A stretch of DNA of 26,965 nt from a virus (Duplodnaviria; Caudoviricetes), in IMG/VR virus record IMGVR_UViG_3300017720_000053, positions 1 through 26,965 of that record. One strand, given 5' to 3'. Below the pieces are notes generated by a model. That model was not told where the DNA came from, did not search any database, and was given only the letters and a program-made list of their open reading frames with translations. Numbering within the stretch: the first letter of the stretch is position 1; the number at the start of each line of letters is the position of its first letter. Positions 17,404 through 25,377 of this stretch are shown piece by piece. Both the position numbers and the translations under genes were made by a program.

Positions 17404-18784
17404 TCTCATCAACTACTTCTTGTTTACTATATTTTTTTCCGCATGATTTTTCATACAACTTTTCCATTTTAGCTTTTCTTTTTTCTAAAAGCTTAATTTC
17501 TTTTTGCATTAATTTCATTTTAGATCTATCAACTAATTCTTTTAAATTATCATCTTCATTAATTGAATTAACTCTATCTACTTTTTCTGCTATATGATCG
17601 TGTAAAAAGTCTAATTGAGCTTCTAATTTTACGGCTTCAGCTTCTTTTCCAATTTCAGCTAATTTACTATCAATTGATTCTTTTTTCATTTTTTTCTTTG
17701 ATTTTTTATCTTTAAGAGCTTTTTCCATTGATTCTTCTTTATCACCATCTCCATCTACATCCGGATAATCTGGTCTTGCTTCTTCTTCCATACCTGCCGC
17801 ATCTTGAGATGCTTCAATTGCTGCTTGTCTAGCTTCTTCTACATCTTTTTCTTTTTCTTCAGAATAAATAGTATCATTATATTGTGATTCTTCATCTACT
17901 GGCTGAGATTGCATTGGAGCTTGTGTTTCAAAATCATCTAATCCTTCTTCTTTAAGCATTTTGTTTATTACTTGGCCTGACATAGCAGCAAAACTATTTG
18001 GGTTTCCTGTGCCTACAACATAACTTTCATTAACTTGTTTTTTTACTGCTTCCTTAACTACTTGCCATTTATTATCAGAATCTTTTAATTTATCACTAAA
18101 TCCACTACCACCATATGTTTTACCATTATTTTCTTGGACAGAGGGTTGTTGATAACCTAAACCTTCAACACCAAATTGACCATTTTTAACATAATGCATA
18201 GGGTCTTTAGCTAAATTAGCAATTACTTTAGCTTGTGCCTCTTCTAATGTTAATTTAGGGTTATTTTTTACTTCAGCATAAACTCCTACTTGTAATTCTT
18301 GAGCATTAACATTATTAATATTATCTACTTTAGGTGAATAATCGTAATTATGTGATGCAATATTTTCTACACCATCAGAAACATTTTTATATGAACCATA
18401 AGAACCATTTTCTATTTCAAATTTGTATTTTGGATCAGCTGATACTTTTTCATCTTGTTCCTTAGTATTATATTTTATAGCTAAATCATTTTTATCTCCA
18501 CGATTAACAATAGGATTTAATGATGCTTCACCTGCTTCATTAAGGAAGTTATTAAATTTTTCTTCCCAACCTGCTTTAGGAGTTGGCTCAATAGTATTTA
18601 TTGGTTTTAAATCAATATAGTTTTCACTAATTACACTTCTTTTTTTAAGAATATGTGTTGCTTGATCATAAGTAGCTGCTTTATTAATCATATTAGGAAA
18701 TTTAGTTTTAGCTTCCTTTAAGAAAACACCTTTATGGCCTTTTCCTTCTTTGATTAAATTATACTGTTCTTGTAATGTTTTCAT
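17396..18784 (-). CDS. Putative head internal/core protein
   Basis: 462 aa between portal and protease; many [ILV]-x-E sites; IANLAKDPMHY motif; DVDGDGD Ca-binding-like loop. Confidence 0.6.
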   Translation of the reverse strand: MKTLQEQYNLIKEGKGHKGVFLKEAKTKFPNMINKAATYDQATHILKKRSVISENYIDLKPINTIEPTPKAGWEEKFNNFLNEAGEASLNPIVNRGDKNDLAIKYNTKEQDEKVSADPKYKFEIENGSYGSYKNVSDGVENIASHNYDYSPKVDNINNVNAQELQVGVYAEVKNNPKLTLEEAQAKVIANLAKDPMHYVKNGQFGVEGLGYQQPSVQENNGKTYGGSGFSDKLKDSDNKWQVVKEAVKKQVNESYVVGTGNPNSFAAMSGQVINKMLKEEGLDDFETQAPMQSQPVDEESQYNDTIYSEEKEKDVEEARQAAIEASQDAAGMEEEARPDYPDVDGDGDKEESMEKALKDKKSKKKMKKESIDSKLAEIGKEAEAVKLEAQLDFLHDHIAEKVDRVNSINEDDNLKELVDRSKMKLMQKEIKLLEKRKAKMEKLYEKSCGKKYSKQEVVDENE

Positions 18785-18786
18785 AA

Positions 18787-19026
18787 TTATTTTTCTAATA
18801 ATGTTTCAATATCTTTAATATAGTCTGTTATTAAATCAGTTCCGTATTTTACAGAATAGCTTTTTGGTTCATCCTGTCTATAATATTTTATAGTATCAAT
18901 TTTAGCTTGTCTTAACTTTTTAATGATAATATCTAGTTTATTTTCAATATCATCAAAAGCATCAATACGACCTTGTTGAAATACTTCTAATCTATCTTCT
19001 TCTTCTTTAATTCTATTGCTATTCAT
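18787..19026 (-). CDS. Small hypothetical head-module protein (about 79 aa)
   Basis: Start at ATG 19026 (MNSNRIKEEE) removes the overlap with the upstream gene and lies just after the ATATTTATAA motif. Confidence 0.6.
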   Translation of the reverse strand: MNSNRIKEEEDRLEVFQQGRIDAFDDIENKLDIIIKKLRQAKIDTIKYYRQDEPKSYSVKYGTDLITDYIKDIETLLEK

Positions 19027-19027
19027 G

Positions 19028-19037
19028 TTATAAATAT
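19028..19037 (-). promoter_or_regulatory. ATATTTATAA putative late promoter
   Basis: Exact copy 1 nt before ATG 19026 (ATATTTATAA-C-ATG). Confidence 0.65.
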
Positions 19038-19042
19038 TAAAC

Positions 19043-19939
19043 TTATCCCCAAAGTTTACGAACTGGTAAAGTTGAACCTTTTTGGACATAAGTACCCTTT
19101 TTATTTTTAGGAACTAATTTATATTTAAATGCTTTTACATAATAATTATCCTTAACTCCATCAGGACCTGCTTTTGGGCCTGGACCTAATGTTGCTCCCG
19201 GATCTTGACTTTCTTGTACTGGTACTACTCTATCACTATCAAATTTTTTAATGGTATTACCATCAAATCTTACCCATGTTTTATCTTTTTCTACTTTTAC
19301 TACTGAACCTGTACCATATAATGAACCATCAGGTTCTTTAACATGAACTAAATCAACTATTTCATCTATCTTTACATCATCTTCCTCATAATACCCTAAT
19401 GATCTACCTCCTGCTGAAAAATTTTCTTTAACTGGTTTGTATCCTAATTCTTTATAAGCTTCATCGTCTGCTTTTTGTCCTTTTTTTCTAAAAGCATAAG
19501 GTGTTAAATAAGCACCTGCAGCTCCTGACATAGATACTTCATCTACTTCTTCTTCAGCTATTCTAGTAATTCTTTTATATTGTTCTGGGTATTCATTTCT
19601 TAAATGAGTTCTTACTTTATTTCTTAATTTACGAACATCATCATAAATTTCCCTAAATTTTTGATCATCCTTAGTTTTAACATAAACTCTTTTAGCTGTA
19701 TCTGTTAAATCATCAATATCATCATATAATAAATCAAAACCAGGTAATTGATCAATTTTCCAAGCTACGGCACCAGTTTCAGGGTTTATACTAGTAACTG
19801 TAGATTTTCTTTGACCATCATCACTATAACTAACTTGACCGACTTTAAATCTTTCTTTAGGGATACCTAATTCTTTTTCTGCTTCTTCAGGTGAAGCAGT
19901 TTTAGACATTTCATTAAGTTTATACTTGTACTTTGCCAT
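19043..19939 (-). CDS. Putative modular head internal protein
   Basis: 298 aa; blocks separated by LNE/IAE/VDE/VKE/IDE/VQE; includes SGAAGAYLTPYAF and a small beta module. Confidence 0.6.
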   Translation of the reverse strand: MAKYKYKLNEMSKTASPEEAEKELGIPKERFKVGQVSYSDDGQRKSTVTSINPETGAVAWKIDQLPGFDLLYDDIDDLTDTAKRVYVKTKDDQKFREIYDDVRKLRNKVRTHLRNEYPEQYKRITRIAEEEVDEVSMSGAAGAYLTPYAFRKKGQKADDEAYKELGYKPVKENFSAGGRSLGYYEEDDVKIDEIVDLVHVKEPDGSLYGTGSVVKVEKDKTWVRFDGNTIKKFDSDRVVPVQESQDPGATLGPGPKAGPDGVKDNYYVKAFKYKLVPKNKKGTYVQKGSTLPVRKLWG

Positions 19940-20783
19940 TTGCTACTTGAATTTCTTTTACTAGTTCATAATATTGTAACAAATCAACTAAATTATCATT
20001 ATCAATTTTGTCAGTTTTATCTAATTCAGTTAATAATTTTGCTACTTCATTAATTTTAATTTTAGTAGCTTTATCTTTAATATTTTCAGATTGTTCTGTT
20101 AAGATATCTTTTAAGGCATTTACTTTTTTATTATAAAATTCTCTTAATGATGGTGTAGAATCTACTGAATATATAAATTCTTTAAGTATTTCTTTTTGCT
20201 CTATACTTAAACTATCATATTTGTCATTAAATTTTTCTAATAATACTCTATAAGTTAATTGTCTTAAATCTTTATCATAAGAAGAAAATTCTTCAATTAA
20301 TTGATCTTTTGGTTTAGATACTGGTTTTTTAGTAAGAAATTCTAATAATGTTACTTTATTATCATTAATTTGACTAATGTCTGTAACGTCTTTAGCATTA
20401 TAACTTTCTATTAAAGTATAAACTGAAGCTATTTCTTTATAATTTTTTATTTTAGAACCAAAAAAGGATTCTAAATTATAATGTTTTTTAATTTCATTAA
20501 TTAAACTATATTTTTGTCTTTTCAATGAAGTTCTATTGAACTTTCTTGAATTTTCAAGTATTGTTGATATTAATGAATTAGCTTTACCCTCAGATATAAC
20601 TTTTGATTTTAATATTGATTCATATAACTTGTATTCTCTACCCAATCCCGTTTTTACAAAGTAATTTTTTAGTAAATCGATTGCCGGAGAATCATCACCT
20701 TTTAAAGTATCAGCTGTTATTTGCCTAACTAGTAATTCAAATAATATACCAGTGTTTTTATACTTAGAATGTTTTATTTTCAT
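19920..20783 (-). CDS. Helical head-morphogenesis protein of unknown function
   Basis: 287 aa, MKIKHSKYKNTGILFELLVRQIT..FNDKYDSLSIEQKEILKEFI; immediately after the portal gene; own upstream motif. Confidence 0.7.
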   Translation of the reverse strand: MKIKHSKYKNTGILFELLVRQITADTLKGDDSPAIDLLKNYFVKTGLGREYKLYESILKSKVISEGKANSLISTILENSRKFNRTSLKRQKYSLINEIKKHYNLESFFGSKIKNYKEIASVYTLIESYNAKDVTDISQINDNKVTLLEFLTKKPVSKPKDQLIEEFSSYDKDLRQLTYRVLLEKFNDKYDSLSIEQKEILKEFIYSVDSTPSLREFYNKKVNALKDILTEQSENIKDKATKIKINEVAKLLTELDKTDKIDNDNLVDLLQYYELVKEIQVANGKVQV

Positions 20784-20798
20784 TAAAAATATATTTAT

Positions 20799-20808
20799 TT
20801 ATAAATAT
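20799..20808 (-). promoter_or_regulatory. ATATTTATAA putative late promoter
   Basis: Exact copy upstream of ATG 20783; part of the inverted repeat ATATTTAT-tt-ATAAATAT (20791-20808). Confidence 0.7.
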
Positions 20809-20815
20809 GTATAAA

Positions 20816-22702
20816 TTAGTTACTCTTCAACTGAGAGTCATCTAATAGTTTAGAGTCGTCTTTGTCTTCTTCAAAGATCAACTTTTTCTCGTTCATTGAT
20901 TTAAAAATGTCTTTATTCTTTAAATAAGTAACGTGAGGACTTTCAAATTCTGATAATGGTCTACTGCCTTCATTTTTATCAGTGTCTTTCATTCTTTTAA
21001 CTCCTAGTGGATCTTTACCAAAATTATTATCTTGTTTACCCCTATTAGTAATGCTATCAACTGGTCGGCCTGCTTTAGGATTATCATCTTTATAACCATC
21101 AGGTACATTACCTGGGTCAGAATACATTCTACCTTTACCATATAATGAAGCTAAATCATGAGGAGTACCATATGATTTACCAGTAGTAACTGGATCATTA
21201 CCTTCTGCTTTTATTTGGTCTAATCTAAATTGACGTTTAGCATCTTCTCTAGCTAAATCTCTATACTCATCATATTGGTCTTCACTAAAGTGATAAATGT
21301 TATGGTAAATCCAATCAGATGGAACTAAACCTTGTTCTAATAAAGTACCAGCTAATTCAGCTTTAGATTTAAGTAATTCAATTCTTTCTTGATCATAAAT
21401 TATCGATGGAGTAGTCATTGATAATTCAAAATTTGTCATACTTTCAGCTGTATAGCCTTGGGTATATAGGTGAACTAGTGCAATTTTATTTAATTCAGAT
21501 AATATAATTCTTTGTATTCTATCAATTGTACGTGCAAATCTAATATCTTCTGCTGCTAGTGTAGCCTTACCTTCTATATTTTCATCATATCCTAAAAATG
21601 CTTTTGGTATTTTTAACGCAGCAAATAATTTATCTCTTAAATACTCAACATCTTGAATACCATCATATGATAAACCTGGTGTTGTATCAATTTTAGTTGC
21701 ATTGTCATTTCCTCTTACTGGTATGTAAAAGTCTTCTAACATATTTTGCATATTATATCTTAAATTATACTCACCCGTTTTTTCATCCATATAAGGAGTA
21801 CGTTTCATATTTGATATAGTTTTTTGCATAAATGCTTCTACTTCGTTTGGAGGTATAGCTCCAACATTTACATAAAATATTCTTTTTTCTGGTGCACGAG
21901 CAATTCTATGAATTAACATTGCATCCTCCATTAAAGTATATTGTTTAAATAATTTTCTAGCGGGTTCAATATAAGCTCTACCATAAGGAAGATAATTTAC
22001 ATCTGTAACCATTCTAAAATGAGCCATTTCATAATTATCATAAGTTATACCTGTGTTATCATTATCTGTTTGATTTGGTACACTGTAATAACCATAAGAA
22101 CTACCAGCAAAACCTTCAGGATTCCATCTATATTTTATTTCTGATGGGTTATCTGGGTTTTGTCCTTCTATTCTTTCAATGTGATATGCTGTATAAGGGA
22201 TTACATTATAAACTCCAAATTTTTCAGCTATTTCTAATTTTAAGAAAAAATCACCATACTTACACATTTGGCGAATCCACATCCATAAATTAAATTCTAC
22301 ATTTAAAACATCATAAAATAAATTATAAAGTATTTTTTGTATATCTTCATTAGAACTTCTAATTTGAAGCACTTCACCCATATCATTTTTAAGTGTAGAT
22401 TCATCTGATAGAATATCTAGTGCTGATGCTATAATAGCATCTTGATCCATTACATCATATTCTGAATATAAAGTTGTTCTTAAATATTGATAATTTAAGT
22501 TAAATTGAGCACCATATAATGAAGAAGGTTGTGTAGTATAAATTCTATTGAATCTATCTACTAATGCATTTGTTTCATACTTACCACTACTTTGTATGTG
22601 ATCAGTATCTATGGTTTTAATTTGATTTCCTCCAACATTACGAATAATAACATCAGTTGAAAATAATCTTTTTAATCTTGAAAATACGCTTGTATCTGCC
22701 AT
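20816..22702 (-). CDS. gp20: Portal protein (T4 gp20-like)
   Basis: IASALDILSDE, YGRAYIEPARK, LMEDAMLIHRIARAPEKRIFYVNVG, MLEDFYIPVRG, TKIDTTPG, LFAALKIPKAFL, EDIRFARTIDRIQ. Confidence 0.95.
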   Translation of the reverse strand: MADTSVFSRLKRLFSTDVIIRNVGGNQIKTIDTDHIQSSGKYETNALVDRFNRIYTTQPSSLYGAQFNLNYQYLRTTLYSEYDVMDQDAIIASALDILSDESTLKNDMGEVLQIRSSNEDIQKILYNLFYDVLNVEFNLWMWIRQMCKYGDFFLKLEIAEKFGVYNVIPYTAYHIERIEGQNPDNPSEIKYRWNPEGFAGSSYGYYSVPNQTDNDNTGITYDNYEMAHFRMVTDVNYLPYGRAYIEPARKLFKQYTLMEDAMLIHRIARAPEKRIFYVNVGAIPPNEVEAFMQKTISNMKRTPYMDEKTGEYNLRYNMQNMLEDFYIPVRGNDNATKIDTTPGLSYDGIQDVEYLRDKLFAALKIPKAFLGYDENIEGKATLAAEDIRFARTIDRIQRIILSELNKIALVHLYTQGYTAESMTNFELSMTTPSIIYDQERIELLKSKAELAGTLLEQGLVPSDWIYHNIYHFSEDQYDEYRDLAREDAKRQFRLDQIKAEGNDPVTTGKSYGTPHDLASLYGKGRMYSDPGNVPDGYKDDNPKAGRPVDSITNRGKQDNNFGKDPLGVKRMKDTDKNEGSRPLSEFESPHVTYLKNKDIFKSMNEKKLIFEEDKDDSKLLDDSQLKSN

Positions 22703-22719
22703 TTAATATATAATTATTG

Positions 22720-22729
22720 TTATAAATAT
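22720..22729 (-). promoter_or_regulatory. ATATTTATAA putative late promoter
   Basis: Exact copy upstream of portal ATG 22702, abutting the terminase stop. Confidence 0.7.
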
Positions 22730-24303
22730 TACCTTAAGAGCCATCCAATGTCTTCTTTGCCCTTATCTGTTTTAATGTGATAAGGATTATCAACACCTTT
22801 TGAAAACCCGTAACCACCTTGGTATTGAGTTCGACTAACGCCCATATTATTTAAGGCTTGTTTTGTTATATCTATTCCTCTTTGTCTAAACTTTAATGCG
22901 GTATCTCTAATATACATAGCGATACCAAATGCCATAACTAAATCATCATTGTAACCTGATTGAGCTTCTGGTCTTCCATTTCTCCAAATAAAAGTTTTCA
23001 TTTCTTCTATTAATCTTTTAGATTGAATAGTAACTCCTTGATCACTAATGTATTCTTGAAATTTACCTATAACCATAGGTCTAGTTCTTGAAGACATAGT
23101 AAAACCAGGAACCATTTTTGAATGATCTTGATATTTGTCAAAATATGAATTAACGTTTGGTTGGTCACTTTTTTGTGAATAATATAAATTTTGATAATTT
23201 CTATCAATCGCAACTTGTATTGTTGCCCAACCAACATTAGCATTTTCTATAATTAACATAGCTTCATTATATTCTGAAGCAATACCAACTAATAAATGCC
23301 CATAATCTTTTGTATTAATTTGTCCTTTATATTCTGCTACTTGAACATTATTTTCTACATCAATAACATGAAATGCAGAATAATCTTTTCCATCTCCTCT
23401 AGAAACATCAGCTACTACAATATAAGATCTTGTATAGTCTGGGGTTTCCCAAACCCATAAATTTTGATCTACCCCTCTTCTTTCTAAAGGGTCTTTAATA
23501 AAAGATTTTTCATAGTATTCCATATATTCATTATAAAATACAATATCACCAGAAGTACTAAAATCACAATCACATTCTTGAGCAGCCATTCTAGGATCAC
23601 CTAATAATTCATCTTGTTTTTTTCTCCATGCTTCATCTCTTTCAGGATGAACATACCAAGGTAATTTAATAGGTAAAAAATCATTTTCTGTAGCTTCCGC
23701 CCTTGTCCATGTTTGGTGAAACCAATTACCTGTACCATAAGGTGTACTTAAAGCAATACAACCACCACCTGTAGCTAGAGTTTGTTGAGCTGATGCCCAT
23801 ATTTCACCTATATTATCAATAAAAGCTGCCTCATCAATTAACAATAAAGATACTGCTTCTGATCTACCTGCATCACTACTTGCTGATGTTGCTTTAATTT
23901 GAGAACCGTTATCAAGCCTTAAATTTAATTTGTTATTTTCAGCTGCATTTATTTTAAGCCATGAAGGTAAATTTTCATACATAAATTTTACCTTAGTAAC
24001 CATGTTTTTAGCTGTCTCTTGTTTAGTTGCAATACAAAGAATATTTTTATCTTTATGGAATGTCATTAACCATAAAGAATAACCAGCAGATAAGGTAGAA
24101 ATTCCTAATTGCCTAGATTTTAAAACTATAGAATAAGGGTTATCTCTCCATAATGTTAGTACTTTATCTTGAAATGGATATAAATTAAATTGTATACGCC
24201 CCCTTTGTGGGTGCTGTATATAACAGTACTTACGCATAAAATGTGTTGGATCTTGAGCACATTTTAAATATTCTTGCCTTATTACTTTTTTTAAGTCAGC
24301 CAT
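22729..24303 (-). CDS. terL: Terminase large subunit (T4 gp17-like)
   Basis: EYLKCAQDP..YCYIQHP, LYPFQ, Walker A KSRQLGIST, Walker B LLLIDEAA, LSTPYG, nuclease residues ADVSRG, ENAN, DDLVMA. Confidence 0.96.
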   Translation of the reverse strand: MADLKKVIRQEYLKCAQDPTHFMRKYCYIQHPQRGRIQFNLYPFQDKVLTLWRDNPYSIVLKSRQLGISTLSAGYSLWLMTFHKDKNILCIATKQETAKNMVTKVKFMYENLPSWLKINAAENNKLNLRLDNGSQIKATSASSDAGRSEAVSLLLIDEAAFIDNIGEIWASAQQTLATGGGCIALSTPYGTGNWFHQTWTRAEATENDFLPIKLPWYVHPERDEAWRKKQDELLGDPRMAAQECDCDFSTSGDIVFYNEYMEYYEKSFIKDPLERRGVDQNLWVWETPDYTRSYIVVADVSRGDGKDYSAFHVIDVENNVQVAEYKGQINTKDYGHLLVGIASEYNEAMLIIENANVGWATIQVAIDRNYQNLYYSQKSDQPNVNSYFDKYQDHSKMVPGFTMSSRTRPMVIGKFQEYISDQGVTIQSKRLIEEMKTFIWRNGRPEAQSGYNDDLVMAFGIAMYIRDTALKFRQRGIDITKQALNNMGVSRTQYQGGYGFSKGVDNPYHIKTDKGKEDIGWLLR

Positions 24304-24305
24304 AT

Positions 24306-24710
24306 TTATTTTGCTAATATTGCTACAGCTAGAACTGCTACTATACCAACACCACCCATTAATTTAGTTTTAAATTTTTGTTTTTTTAAATCTTTTTCTA
24401 ACCTTTTAGATAATTCTTGGGATAGTGACAATTGGTTTGATTTTGATAATAAAATATTATCGAAATTACCTACTTGTTCATTTAATGACAATATAACACT
24501 ATCTTTTAAAGATACTTTATTCTCTAATAGACTTATTTTTTTTATATTTAAAGCTAATTCATTATTAGCTCCATCACCTTTTATCAGATCTTTAATTACT
24601 AGACGTGCTATCGGTTTTTTCAGCTGAATCGATGTAGTATCGATAACGTTCTGTGAAAAACCTTTCAAGCTCATCATCATTAAAAAGATCAACACGCTTA
24701 ATTTTTTCAT
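24306..24710 (-). CDS. Secreted coiled-coil protein with C-terminal hydrophobic anchor; candidate outer spanin-like subunit
   Basis: From ATG 24710: signal peptide MKKLSVLIFLMMMSLKGFS|Q, then coiled coil and C-terminal GGVGIVAVLAVAILAK. Overlaps the 3' end of the upstream gene by 119 nt. Confidence 0.55.
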   Translation of the reverse strand: MKKLSVLIFLMMMSLKGFSQNVIDTTSIQLKKPIARLVIKDLIKGDGANNELALNIKKISLLENKVSLKDSVILSLNEQVGNFDNILLSKSNQLSLSQELSKRLEKDLKKQKFKTKLMGGVGIVAVLAVAILAK

Positions 24711-24975
24711 TTGTTTTCTTTTTAAGTGTGAAAATTTGTTTATCTTGTTTATTAATTTCATTATCTAAAGTAACAATTTTGTTATTTAAAGTATCAATTT
24801 TAAAAACAAGATCATCATTAATAGTATGGAGAGAATCAATTTTTGAATTTAATGCATTAATCTGATCCTGATATTGATCTACGTATACTTCATCCTTATC
24901 AAGTAAAAACCAAATAATAATAGTAATTAATACTAATATTTTAGCAATGTAAAATATTCTTTCTTTAGATTGCAT
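24592..24975 (-). CDS. Inner-membrane coiled-coil protein; candidate i-spanin (Rz-like)
   Basis: N-terminal TM helix IFYIAKILVLITIIIWFLL followed by heptad coiled coil (INALNSKIDSLHTINDDLVFKIDTLNNKIVTLDNEI). Confidence 0.6.
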   Translation of the reverse strand: MQSKERIFYIAKILVLITIIIWFLLDKDEVYVDQYQDQINALNSKIDSLHTINDDLVFKIDTLNNKIVTLDNEINKQDKQIFTLKKKTNEKIKRVDLFNDDELERFFTERYRYYIDSAEKTDSTSSN

Positions 24976-25351
24976 CTTTTTCTAATTTAGCAACTAAGGA
25001 TTCTAACTCCTTTTTTTTAGGTGTTTTGTCTCTTAAAACATCCTTAATTTTTTCTTTTTCAGTGTCATCAGCTTTACTGTATTTTCTAGCTAATGATTTC
25101 ATTTCAGTTTCTATATTTTTTAACGCTTTAACGGCTAAATCTAATTTTTTAAATTTACCTCTTGCACCCATAGCACCTTTAACAGCATCAGTATCATCAT
25201 CATCATCCATTTCAACTACTTTAATGATATCATCATCCTTAGCAACAGCTTTAACTTTTGCTATATTCTCAGGGGATGTTTCAATTGTAGCTTCAGATAA
25301 AGTCTCAATTATATTTTCTTTAATAAATTCTTTTAATTCAGATTTTTTCAT
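24965..25351 (-). CDS. Small charged protein, possibly head-packaged
   Basis: 128 aa beginning MKKSELKEFIKENIIETLSE (clustered [IL]-x-E); preceded by the ATATTTATAA motif. Confidence 0.65.
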   Translation of the reverse strand: MKKSELKEFIKENIIETLSEATIETSPENIAKVKAVAKDDDIIKVVEMDDDDDTDAVKGAMGARGKFKKLDLAVKALKNIETEMKSLARKYSKADDTEKEKIKDVLRDKTPKKKELESLVAKLEKDAI

Positions 25352-25366
25352 TGTAATTAAATTTTA

Positions 25367-25376
25367 TTATAAATAT
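25367..25376 (-). promoter_or_regulatory. ATATTTATAA putative late promoter
   Basis: Exact copy upstream of ATG 25351. Confidence 0.7.
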
Positions 25377-25377
25377 G

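Noticed and set aside
19027-19089. N-terminal extension of the 100-aa ORF (similarly 24711-24761 and 26169-26216)
   Set aside because: These extensions overlap the upstream genes. Later ATGs fit the promoter motif, signal peptide or intergenic gap better.
13476-24303. Introns, inteins or homing endonucleases in capsid, portal or terminase genes
   Set aside because: The ORFs are continuous, of ordinary size, and show no intein or LAGLIDADG/HNH/GIY-YIG motifs.
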